The notes under the pieces are model-generated. The model had not been told where the DNA came from and made no database searches. It worked only from the letters and a program-made list of their open reading frames with translations. The translations under genes and the position numbers were made by a program. A DNA stretch of 64,000 bases from Lytechinus pictus. Its lineage: Eukaryota. How positions within the stretch are numbered: position 1 is the stretch's first letter; each line of letters begins with the position of its first letter. The stretch spans positions 8,432,001 through 8,496,000 of the forward strand of contig NC_087245.1 of assembly GCF_037042905.1 (NCBI RefSeq), written 5' to 3'. Positions 27,297 to 39,700 of the stretch are shown here, piece after piece.

Positions 27297-27495
27297 GCCG
27301 TGACCTTTGACCTGTGGGCTCTGATTTCAAATTTCGCCTGTATTTTTATGTCATCTACCAAGACACTAAATTTTTTTTAATCCATTAAATATTTTTCGAG
27401 TTATTGCGCGGAAACCAAGTGGGGGGACGGACGGACGGAAGGACAGGGGCAACGCTTAATGCCCCCTCCGGACTTCGTCTGCGGGGTCATAAAAA
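27297..27495 (+). mobile_element. 3' fragment of a HINE/pearl-like element
   Basis: tgacctttgacct motif, (GGAC)n microsatellite, terminal hairpin atgccccctccgg...gcggggtcat, then an A run. Confidence 0.5.
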
Positions 27496-27514
27496 TAGGA
27501 ATATTGTTTTCTTG

Positions 27515-28415
27515 TTTCAAAGGGCCACTCGTTAACACATAAAACTGGTCCTTTTCAGGTGAAAGGGGAACAGAGCACGTTTGTGAGGGGCACTTTTCTT
27601 GGGTAAAAAGGGGCAATGATTAGAGAGAGGTCACTTACTAGAAGGCAATTAAGGGGGCACGTGCTCACACATAAATGGGCCCTTCTCAGGTGAAAGGGGC
27701 ACTTAACACGTTCGTGGGGGGCATTTTTTGTAAAAATTTGCACTGATCTACGAGAAATGGCACTTAACACTTCAACCCGGGGGGCCACTTCCATTGACGA
27801 GTGGATACCATGCGCGACCACGGGGTCTCGAAAAGCACCCTAAACACGTATTTTCCACGTTCTGAAAATGCACCCCTTAACAAGTATTGGCGTCTGAAAC
27901 CCTACCCTTAACAAGTATTGGAAACAAAACTATACTCTTGGCAAGTATTCCCTGAAATGAACCCCTAAACAAGTATATTTTACTGTTGTGTCACGGGTCC
28001 GTCGGTCGTCGGTTTTACCTAATTTACACACCATTTGGTTTAGTAAGGTCCCACCTAAAGGACATCCTTTATACAACATTTTAATTTTGTTTTATCATCC
28101 CCGATAATGTGACCCTAAACACGTAGCTTTCCTAGCGAAATAGATACCCTTTTTTCATTATTTTTGTGTTTTTGACACCCTTATCACGTTACGTACGTAA
28201 CGTGCCCTATCTTGAAAAAGACATCCTTTTTACGTGTTTTCTTGGTCGCGCATGGTATCCACTCGTCAATGTAAGTGGCCCCCCCCCCCCCGGGCACTTC
28301 AAACAGGTACTTCTCATGTGAAAGGGGCACAGAACACATTCGAGAGGGGGCATTTTTTGTAAAAATTGGCACTTAGTAACACCTAAAACGGGTCCTCAGG
28401 TGAAAGGGCCACATA
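27515..28415. repeat. Degenerate minisatellite (caggtgaaaggggcac / gggggcattttttgtaaaaat units) interrupted by a MITE
   Basis: The unit recurs near 27557, 27688, 28316 and 28397. Confidence 0.65.
27776..28294. mobile_element. MITE with CCCGGG termini and 8-bp TSD
   Basis: ~45-bp TIR cccggggggccacttccattgacgagtggataccatgcgcgacca; TSD cacttcaa at 27768-27775 and 28295-28302. Confidence 0.88.
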
Positions 28416-29128
28416 GTTATTCTTTTATCATAATCCTTGATAGCTTTTCATATGAGTTAAAAACTAAAAATATTCATTTTCAGTTTATTTTATTCTTTGT
28501 GAATTATTTCATCATTTTCCTGGTTCTTGTATATCCTGGTTATTTCAGGGTTATTTTTCAAACATTCAAAGTAAAATTAAAGGTATAAAACTAGACCATG
28601 GGATAAAATTTCATTGAAAAAATGAACGGTCATTCTTTGTGAACAATTAACAAAACTTGTCTAAGAGTAGGCCTAATTAACAAATATCATCAATATACAC
28701 CAAAATTCATATTAAGATTAGCCTTCAAAACTAAACACATCTCCCAAAATAGACCACCATTTTTTTAAATGCGGATGAATGCCATTCTGATTATGCTTGT
28801 CAGAGACAAGTTCAATAATAGCAAAAATAATATAAAATTTACCAGACAAGTATGAATGATCTGAGGTTAAACAATTTTAGTAAATATCTTTGATTGACAA
28901 CTCATACCTGCCAACCCAGGCAAAGAAATATAAACAAATGACTAAGAAGTTTCCAGAAATAGGAAGATTCTTAAATTTCCTATCAAATATTTATTTTATT
29001 TTCCCCTAAATAGGAATTTTCTGATTTAAGGGGGAGTTCACCCTGACAATATAAGTCTGTTGCAAAAACAATATATGAAAATAATTAAAAAATGTTGGTG
29101 AAAGTTTGAAGAAAATACATTAAGATAA

Positions 29129-29296
29129 TATAGGGTATTTATATTGCAAACATATCCACCTTGTTAGGTGCTCAAGGCGCTCCTATATTACCCGGCTAAG
29201 CTAGGCGTTCATAGCGCACACAGCTTTTTAAGGAATTACTTCCTACCGGTACCCATTTACCTCACCTGGGTTGAGTGCAACACATTGTGGATCAGT
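29129..29296 (-). mobile_element. Truncated SINE related to the 18905-19108 copy
   Basis: Shares ggtacccatt(t/c)acctcacctgggt(t/c)gagtgca..gtggat; flanked by the direct repeat ttaagataa. Confidence 0.65.
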
Positions 29297-29452
29297 TTAA
29301 GATAAGATTAAGAAAATTATTTGAAATTTTAATTGTTGACTTCTGACGGCACATACAAGCAGCGGTTTCATATGTTGTGTAATATAAAATGCATAAATTT
29401 CAATTTGCTAATGGTTCATGATGACTAAAAATTTTCTTCTTTCATTAACATA

Positions 29453-30428
29453 AACAAGTGGAATGCCTCTGGCCGTCTCACCTGCATCACGCGATTCAAT
29501 ATAGCAGCAGTGCTGATTTTGAAAACTACTATAACTCGCACAAGATGTTCAGTGATACTTGGTTACTCTTATTTCCACGTTTTATGAACTAGACCAATAC
29601 ACTTATAGAGATATGATGGCAATTCAACAAATACCCCCAACGTGGCCCAAGTTCTTTGACCTTACATGACCTTTGACCTTGATCATGTGACCTGAAACTC
29701 GCACAGGATGTTCAGTGTTACTTGATTACTATTATGTCCAAGTTTTATGAACTAGACCAACACACTTTCAAATTTATGGCTGTAATTCAACAAATACCCC
29801 AATTTGGCCAAAGTTCATTGACCCTAAATGACCTTTGACCTTGATCATGTGACCTGAAACTTGCACAGGATGTTCAGTAATACTTGATTACTATTATGTC
29901 CAAGTTTCATGAATCAGATCCATAAACTTTCAAAGTTATGATGGTAATTCAACAGATACCCCCAATTCGGCCAAAGTTCATTGACCCTAAATGACCTTTG
30001 ACCTTGGTCATGTGATGTGAAACTCAAGCAGGATGTTCAGTGATACTTGATTAACCTTATGTATAAGTTTCATGAACTAGGTCCATATATTTTCTAAGTT
30101 ATGATGACATTTCAAAAACTTAACCTTAGGTTAAGATTTTGATGTTGATTCCCCCAACATGGTCTAAGTTCATTGACCCTAAATGACCTTTGACCTTGGT
30201 CATGTGACAAGAAACTCAGGCAGGATGTTCAGTAATACTTGATTAACCTTATGGCCAAGTTTCATGAACTAGGTCCATATACTTTCTAAGTTATGCTGTC
30301 ATTTCAAAAACTTAACCTCAGGTTAAGATTTGGTGTTGACGCCGCCGCCGCCGTCGCCGCCGCCGCCGCCATCGCCGTCGGAAAAGCGGCGCCTATAGTC
30401 TCACTCTGCTATGCAGGTGAGACAAAAA
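29453..30428 (+). mobile_element. HINE/DINE-1/pearl-like (Helentron-associated) element, copy 1
   Basis: Subterminal inverted repeat gtctcacctgcat / atgcaggtgagac; ~160-190-bp internal tandem units with tgacctttgaccttg; (GCC)n microsatellite; 3' hairpin; A-run boundary. Confidence 0.75.
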
Positions 30429-31972
30429 TGAAAAATAATTTTGTCTGTTGATATACTGAATGTACAATGAAACAAATTTTCAAATCTTTTTTGAGTAAAT
30501 GATATTTAATTGATTTTTTAAATTCACAATACACGGGATACTGCCCACATTTGCCGTCACTAATCAAAAATCTCTTTTTTAAACTATAATAACTTATTAA
30601 ATCTTTGATGAATTTTCATCAAACCTTCATCAATATCTGATTCTCCTCAAACCTTCCCCAATATCTTTCAATTATTTTTTAATGTTTTGTTTTCAATTAA
30701 CTTTTTGTCAGGGTGAAGTTTCCCTTTAATAGGCACACTTGTCAGGTAACTGTAATGCCAATAAATGGGTTTATATTGCCATATGAATAAAATAATGATA
30801 AAAAAGACATTCACAACAGCAAGTCACATAGTAAGCATGCAATTTCATGTTGAAGGTACATGATGTATTTCACTCCCTTTCCCTAACATTTTCTTACTTA
30901 TACATGTTTTTTCAATGACCAAAAATTAGATAACTAGATGAATTTTTGACTGCACAGTCAAAATTAATGCCTCTGCAACTGCCAGATCTAAAAAAAATAC
31001 ACTCAACTTGTATTCATAGACTACACAGATCACCAATCCCATGTATACATGGACAAAGTCCAAACTCTGATTCATTTACAAAAACTGAAAAGGCAGATGA
31101 CCCCGTAACATGCCTTCAGCAAGCTTTTAGAAGGTGGAGGCATAAACATCATTCATTTTTTTTTCATTGTTTTAATACAGATAGTGTATATCAGTCATTA
31201 CAGCCTAAACAATTATTGACAATTGCATCACACATGTCAACGATAAAGATTATTTACAAGTCAAGATGATTGTAATACGACGTTTTGAAAAACAGTAAAT
31301 TATTTTTGTTTAAATCATTATTCAATATATTATGGAATGCAGACGATATTTGTACATTTTATAAATAAAATTACTTTAATGAAAAAAAATGTTTCAAATT
31401 CAATATTCCAAATACAACATTTACTTCCTTAAAACCCTGCATCACATTTATGAAGTCAAATCATTTTAACAGTGCATACTGGAATGGCTACGTCATGCAA
31501 TATATGATGCATAATATTGTTAAAATTGTAAAAATAGATTTAGGAGCTAAAAATTATTTTTAATAAGAAGAAACATTCATATTGCACTTATGGAAAACAA
31601 TAAATCATGTACTGAGTTTTAGCCTCAAAGTAAAGGAAGAAAATCTGGTTGAAAGAAATCGTAAAGCAGAAATAAAATAAATTGAGGTTTATCAAAATTT
31701 TCAGCATGGAATGCATAGAAAGTAACACAAACATAATATTCACATTCATCATAATGCAATAAGAAGTACTGTTATCATATATAGGCAATCATTCTTGAAA
31801 TCATTCCCTACAAAGAGAAATTCAGCCTCATAACCATAAATATATTTAAAAATTTAAAACGTCCTATTATTCATATGAAGGGTGTATGTTCATTTGTACG
31901 TGAGGCCAACTTCATTAAACTTGTAATTGTAACAAAAAGAGCTTTTTATATTACATGCTTAATATATCTATA

Positions 31973-32033
31973 TCATTATTATTATTTTTTTTATTATTAT
32001 CATTATTATTATTATTATTATCATTATTATTAT
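31973..32033. repeat. (TAT/CAT)n microsatellite
   Basis: Directly visible. Confidence 0.9.
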
Positions 32034-33672
32034 ATAACAAGTTCACTATCAGCAAATAAAATTGAACTATTTCAGTAGCTTTACACTGTTGTTGCAAATT
32101 TCTTATTAAAACAAGAATGAAGAAAAAAAGGCCCCTGATGTCTGAATACAGCCAAGCAGCATTAGCAATGATGAGCAAACACAGGAGCAAAAAAGCCCCA
32201 AAACAAAGGATGAATATACATTTAAATCACAGGAGATTAGGGTGGAGAGCTTAAAACACTGTTGGTGTTATCATTTTTTTAATTAAAACGGCTTAGAATA
32301 ATTTGAAAAAAGGAAAGCTATTGTGATGCTGATTGAGATGTTGTTTACATATCTCAATACCATTCTTGAATCAATATATCTTCATCATTCATCTTATTTT
32401 ATTTACAAAGTAAATATATTTGTAAGTCAGTCGACTACTGAATAAATCCATTTATAGATCAACCAGTTTATTAACATTTTGTAACTGATACTTATAAAAA
32501 CAAAAAAATGACATTTCACAAAACGAATTCTTTACTAATCCATAAACAGCTTGAGGTAGCCAAGTCCTCTTCATCATTTCTTTACTGAGATGTGCACTTA
32601 TATCATGATCATTTTTGTATACATCCTTCCTTTGACAGGGAAAATTTAGGAAATGAAGAAAATAAAAAGGATATTTGGGACGAAGAATCAATAAAAATTA
32701 TCAATGGTCTGTTCACTCTGTTGCATATAAAAATTACAACTACATCAAGGTGACTTTGTCATTATGATAACTACATCAATGTGACTTTGTCTCTGATAAG
32801 TACAATGGTAAGGGGGCTCAACAGACTATCAAAATCAAGGTTTTTCTATGATGATAGTTACACAGTATACAGGATGAAGAGAGATTTTTGAGCAGTGATT
32901 AAAGCCAAGGCAAGGGACAATGGTAGCGGAACAGCATAGTCAATCACAATGATAATCAGAGAAAGGGGTGGACAGAAATCACAGAATTGTGTGACACATT
33001 CTATTCTTTTTTTTTACTTCATACATGGTAAAATGTATTCCATACCTAATACCTGATCAGTTCAATACTATTAACTTATCTGAAGAAAAGCCATATAATA
33101 ATTCAGGTATGCAAAATAATTACAGAATACATGTTCACAAAAAAATTACAATCACATCAACAATATATACATAAATGACTAAATATTATTTCATTATTAA
33201 CTAATACTATAACCACTACCAAATTCAATGATTATCATTCTTCTGTTATACCTGGACATAGCAATCATGACCGTGAGATACAAGATTTGCATATAAGTGT
33301 AAGCAGCCTCCAAACCAGTGGCATAATGACCCCAAACTTTTGAGTGGCAAAACTTTTGAGCGGCAAAATATGTGGGGTTTTTTTATTTGTGAGCGAGCAA
33401 AATAAGTGAACAAAAACTTTTTCCTTGTTTTAAATGTTAATATGATTTCTGATAGATTGTTAAATAATACTGAACAAATGATAACATCCTACACCCTTTT
33501 TCCTTTCCCTTTCTTCTTTTCCACTTTATTTTTTCTTGTTCATGGAACTTGGGGGAGGGGGAGCAGAGTTGCCCCTCCCCATCTGTACACCAGTGTTCCA
33601 AAGACAAATTTGAGACATTTCAGTCAGCTCTATTAGGATTCAAAATTTTATGTACTGTACACTTTGCATATT

Positions 33673-34103
33673 TACATAGCCTTTAAAATGCCATTGACTT
33701 GACGAGATACTTTATCTTGCCATATCGACATAATAACCTTATTATGTCGACATGGCGAGATACGTTATCTTGCCAAGTTGACTTACAAAACATTATATGT
33801 CAACATTGCAAGATATGAAGTGTCCAAGGCCCGACGAGAGTCCAAATATCTTGCCAATTTGACATATAACTTTTCATAAGTCAACTTGGCAAGATAACTT
33901 ATCTCGCCATGTCGACATATAACCTTTCATAAGTCGACTTGGCGAAATAACGTATCTTGCCATGTCGACATATAACTTTTTATAAGTCGACTTGAAGAGA
34001 TAATGTATCTCGCCATCTCGACATAATAAGGTTATTATGTCGACATGGCAAGATAAAGTATCTCGCCAAGTCGTCAAGTCGATGGCACTTTAAAGGCTCC
34101 GTA
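33673..34103. mobile_element. Palindromic MITE built from gtcgac-containing subrepeats
   Basis: TIR agcctttaaaatgccattgacttg / caagtcgatggcactttaaaggct; internal tcttgccatgtcgacatataac units in both orientations. Confidence 0.75.
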
Positions 34104-34914
34104 CATATTGTACATTTGACATAATTTTCTTCATGTTCACTATCTCTTTAAAAAATATAGAGCAGTGAGCACATGCATGTTCTGAATAAGGACAGTAGCC
34201 ATGAACTCACATTAGAGATTGCACATCTCATTTCTAGCAATAAATAGTACAAATTTATAGACAATCATATGCATATGTTATGCATCATTAGAATCATTCA
34301 ATTAAAGGTCCATGTGAGTTTATATTCAGAGAAAAGATCTGAAGGAAAAGTCTAAACTTTATTTGTGTAAACTGAAGGAAAATACACAATTCTGAACACA
34401 TGGCACATTTACTACTTCAAGTAGAGTCCATTGTGCATAAAGATTCTGTATTCTATTTCAACCCTGTAAAACACAAAATGAAGAATGTTTGAAAGACAAT
34501 ATTCAGTACCCTGGAGATAAAAAGAAGCATAGGTATTTCATTTTTGTCATGGTGCATAAAAATATATGATGCAATTTCTGTGACACAGTTATTTGGCACA
34601 AGTATGTGCATTGTATTGCAACTGCACATAATAGTTACTTGTCTAGCATTTGCTCATAATGGTATTTTGGCCAGATAAATGCATCAAAGTTGTGTAAAAA
34701 ATCTACAGCAGACTATTATTAAACTTATGAAGGACAAAATAAGCAATGAAATCAGCATTTTTATAATCAATTTTGATGAACTTATTTTCACTAGAAGTCG
34801 GCAATTAAACCAATAACTAATAAATAGAATCAGCAAAGGGTTAACCAGCATGTTGCTCATGCATCATGATAAAAGCCTAAAATTCTGTTCATAGGAATTA
34901 TCCAAGAAGTGTTA

Positions 34915-36635
34915 TCGTAAGTAACAGACTATAAACCGCACCCCAACTTTGGACGAATCACAACACACACACAAAAAAAGTCATCACACTCTCTTTCTTA
35001 ATCCTCCTCACATTTACATGCACATTTGGGGTACCAAGAAATGAAAATAAAAGATTTCAAAGTATCAAAAGAGATTATACGAAAATCTGCTGTTCTTGAT
35101 CAATTCATCTAAAAATGATAGCAAGAAAGGTTCTGACATTATTGGCCACTTACACACTCACCTCGCTGTTACCACACACAGAGCACTGCCGTACTTGTAT
35201 ATTGCAAATTACGATACGGTACACAAGATCAGTACATCACGATATCATTAATAATGCTACCGTGTTTTACGCGGCGTAGGAGAGGAAGAAACATTCACAT
35301 TCCCACATCACAACCCCACTATCACTTTCAAAATTCTGTGTAGCATTCAATGTCTTAGCATAAATTTTGGATACAGGATTACAGGGAGGTTCAAGAAACA
35401 AAGAAATTGGCATTGTTTTTCAGTTGATTTTTACAGCTTTGTGCCGTCTCTCTTGTGTGTGGTGGTATCTTACGAAAAGCAAATAGGAAAGAAAAAATAA
35501 GCTTGGCTTCATAACAGGACTTCGGGGGGGGGGGGGGCGGGAAATAAATACTAGAAGGAAAATATTTTAAAAAGGTAGAAAAATGATGGAAGAAAGAAGG
35601 GGGAAATTGAATTTATGAGGAAGGTGAAAGAGAAGTATGAAGAAAAGGAAAATAAAAGAAAATAAAAAAGACAGAGGAAAAAGAAAAGGCAAGAACATGG
35701 AGAAATGAGAAAGAGAATAAAAAAGAAAGAGGTATGAATATGGAGAGATGAGAAAGAGAAGATTGATAAATGAAAAAGAAAATAAAGGAAAATAGAAAAG
35801 AAAGAGGTATGAAAATGGAGAAATAAAACAGTGAAGAAAATAAGAGGAAAATAAAAAAATAGAAAAGGAAAGAGGCAAGAACGTGGAAAAATGAGAAGGT
35901 GAAGAAAGATAAGAAAAGGAAAATGCATTGTGAAGCATAGAGCCAATTAATTCTCAATTAAAAGTAGGGCCCTTTGAGTTCTTCTAACTGCCTACAGTTG
36001 AATAGATACAGTAAAATGAATAGCGCCAGCTTAAGTCACACTATAACCACAATGCAAGCTCTCACTCTCGGCTGTGACAAAAGGCAATATGCCTCTCGTC
36101 TGTTTGAATGTTGTCTTTGCCAAGGAACTTTGCTGCTTTTAATCAATGACTTAATAAAGTCACACTATTCATAAAGTCAAAATTAGTTTCATGAAGGTAG
36201 GTGCGTTTGATAATCAAACTTTCATGGACAATTTTCGATTAAGATCGTAATAATCTCTTCCCATTACTCGCGGCTCATACCCCTCTTGACATTGCCCTAG
36301 GCGGCTACGCCTTGCAACCCGATGTGTGGTGAACTGGCAGCACTACAGTACATGTTAGAAAGGGGTTACGACGGGCTGCTAATTATAATTTTCTAGAGTC
36401 TGTCTCTAGCCTTGTCATGATAACAGACATCAAATATCATGTTAGCTATATCAAATAAACCAAAACCGATTTCCCTGTGAATAACCTTCGTTCAGGGAGA
36501 AATGCGGAAAATGGACTTGGCTTTTTTTTTTCAGGCTGAATCTGGCTCAGACCTATCACCATGGATAAACCGCACCCCCGACTTTTGCTTCTATCCCGCC
36601 GAGGAAAGGGTCCTTTAATAGACTGTTACTTACAT
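34915..36635. mobile_element. Degenerate Tc1/pogo-like DNA element just downstream of the SLCO stop codon
   Basis: Ends gtaagtaacagactataaa / tttaatagactgttacttac; ataaaccgcacccc motif near both ends (~34931, ~36565). Confidence 0.55.
35553..35925. repeat. ~370-bp purine-rich (A/G) low-complexity tract
   Basis: Almost all A/G on the plus strand with internal repeats; gives three spurious Phe/Leu/Ser-rich minus-strand ORFs. Confidence 0.9.
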
Positions 36636-36762
36636 ATTCTGTCTTTGTAATTGTATGCACTTCTCAACACATTGCCTTGGCACAATGATTTTACTCTTCA
36701 GAATAAGAGCAAGAACAAGACTTTGTCAAAGAAGAATAAGCTGAACAACAAAAACAACATGA

Positions 36763-39700
36763 TCATAAACCATCAGTAATACCATCATTCTCCAGTCTGT
36801 CATACTTTCCATCAGCTCCATCTTGTCCATCGGGATTTCTATAACTGAAAAGCGCCCCTACGAGGAACAACAGGCCAATAACATGGGCCAAGAGGGTGAT
36901 GAGGAAGAAGACCAGGGATAGGTCCGAGTTCTCGTAGAGCCAACAAGTCTTGGAGCCATCACAGGATCCCTCCCAGACCAAGCAGGATTTGTCAATAAGT
37001 AGTCCAAGAACTACTGGTCCTGGGATAGTTCCTATAATAAAATATGAAAAAAAGTAGAGTCTATTAATAACAAATGGAACACCCAGAGCAATCTTGCCAG
37101 CATTAAACAATTCATAATAGTAGCAGTGTTGACATTGTGATATTGAAATGTCAAACATTTTTACTTTTTTATTTACCATTTGAATAGACAACTTAATAAT
37201 TCCCCATAATGAAGGGCCAAAGTTGTTGATTCCCTGTTGACTAGCCTCAATATCCTTCATAATGGCCTAATGGCCTTGGAAATTTTGGTGCCACTTTCAG
37301 AGAAAGAGTGATTTGACAATAACAACCCAATTAACAAAAACATAATGATTGTAGTAAAAAAATATCAGCTCTGATGAAATGCTAATGCTATGGTATTGGA
37401 TGTTCTTAAATATAAAATCCATCATGGCTTTGTTTTGAAAGGATCTCAAACTGGTCTGGGCTGACTACAGACTGAAATCAAGATGAGTAAAACTGAGTAA
37501 AATTACACAAGAACAACATTGAAATTTCATCAAAATAAGATGAAAAGCAACATACTTATTGAGATTATTATCAAGATCATTATTTCCAATATGCATGGCT
37601 GGTATTTTTAGAGCCCATGTTTAATTTTACCTTTTGATAGAGCTGATGACATCTGGTTGTTATTCTTAACAATAGTCCCTATGGATATCAGAATCTTTAT
37701 ATTGTGCAATTACAATAGTTCCCTTTCTCTAAATAAAAAGTGTTTCACCTTACCTAATGCACTGTACAATAAACTCTGTAGTCCTAAAGCAAACGTTCTC
37801 TGTGAATGAGGCACACATCTGAAAGATAAGAAAACATAAAAAAATAAGATATAAAGCAATTGGGCAATTCCATGGAAAATGTTCACTTTCGAGAAAAAAT
37901 GAAGTTTCAGATTTCACTTAAGCAGTCAAATTTTCTAAAAAAGTAATCTATAAAGTTTCAATTTCCAATAGAAAAATCACAATATTGATAAAATTTTGTG
38001 TTTTTTTCTATCATCAAAAAAATAAAATAATAAATTGCAAAATATAAAAAATGTGGCTATTTTTAAACAATTCATCTTTCCTGTCTCTACTAAAAGCAAA
38101 TAAGGTCCCACAGGTCTCTTTTAACTTTTGTATCGATGATTAATGTTTAAATCAACAGAAAATCATTGTTATATTTCATGCCATTCATCAATTTTAGAGA
38201 AATCGATCTTCAGATTAATGTGATTTCTTTACCATTATCAGTGTCATGTCCGTTACGTTTTTCACTTAAAGTTTTCACAGCTTACAGGAAATTTGTCTGA
38301 AGGTACTGCAGATTCAGATTCTATGTTAGAATTAAACCCCCTACCATGTGTAGCAATCATTTTCCCTGACCACTTCTCATTTTCATAAAAATGGCGTAAC
38401 GGACATGACAATTCGCGTAACGGACATGACACCTAATATATGACAAAAGGCAGCATTCACAAAAACAAAATATTAGGCTCAGTGTCACAGACTGTGGTCA
38501 GTCTCAATTGCTTGAGGATAGCTGGATGTAATAACTCCTAGAATCTGCATGTCATTCTAGCTATTTTTAGAAGTTGGTAAATGATGAAAGTTCAGCTCTT
38601 GTTCTGGTATATTTTTCTGAGAATTAACGGTATGCCACATAATATTAGGATAAGATGCAGCTAAATCTGGCAACATACTCAGATCACAATCTGCATCATT
38701 TGTGTTTGAACAATAATTGATTATCTTAGGTGTTTGCACTGACAGTTTGGAGCATGATAAAACTCCAACTTGTGAATTCATGAGATCTTTGATGACATTG
38801 CTTCAAAGTATCTGACTTTCACCAACCCTCAACTTCTTCAGTGATGGCACTGGCTCACATTTAAAACAAGTTTGTAAATATTCAGATATCTGTGTTACAT
38901 GATGTAGCTCTATGAATCCATGAATCTACAGTGGCACTTCTTCATATCACAAAGCAAAGAGGCTGTGGAAGGAATGTGGCGCGATCAATAAATTATGTCA
39001 TCATAGTATTTTGGTCAGCCATAATCATGATTTGAATGATGTATCTTCGTTTGTACACAAGCAGCGCAGACAATACAATGAAATTAGATACAGCCACATT
39101 TGTCAGCAAGCAAGATCGTAAGATTTAGTACATCCAAGATTTGATGAAAGGATGATTATACCAAGGATCTTTATTTTGAATGAAAAAAATCTCAGAAGCG
39201 ATTTACAAACATTCCGATTACCTTATAACTCGTACATAATCGATAATGAAAGACTGGTTTCCAGGTACTGCTATTAAAATTTAAAATACTTTTTAATATC
39301 ATTTTTTTAATCTTGAAATTGACATTAATACTAGTACATATTCTTTATCATAAAACACATTTTATAATACAGGTGTATGTTCATCTTGGATTTAATCAGG
39401 TCTGGTACATTTTGTTTTCTTCTCACAAAAAATCTGATTTGCTCTTCTCAGTGTGCCTATGGTACTATTAAAGCATTGTATTCTATATAAAATTATCATG
39501 TGGGCTATAGCTATTAAATTAATAATACCTGCCAAAAGTGCCAATAATATCTACATTTTTTTCTTAAGAATGTTAGTAAAGGTACTTTGCTGTTACATAA
39601 TTACATTCATTATTCATATTTCTTTCATTTTGCAACTAAGAAGTGCAGATGAAGTTCACTTCGGAAGGGTGTCATGTCCGTTACGCTAGTGTATATTGTC

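Larger units (their letters stand above)
29030..30725. mobile_element. Kolobok-like (TTAA) element carrying two nested insertions
   Basis: ttaa|gggggagttcaccctgacaa ... ttgtcagggtgaagtttccct|ttaa. Confidence 0.72.

Noticed and set aside
35551-35957. Three hydrophobic Phe/Leu-rich ORFs
   Set aside because: Translation artefact of the purine/pyrimidine low-complexity tract.
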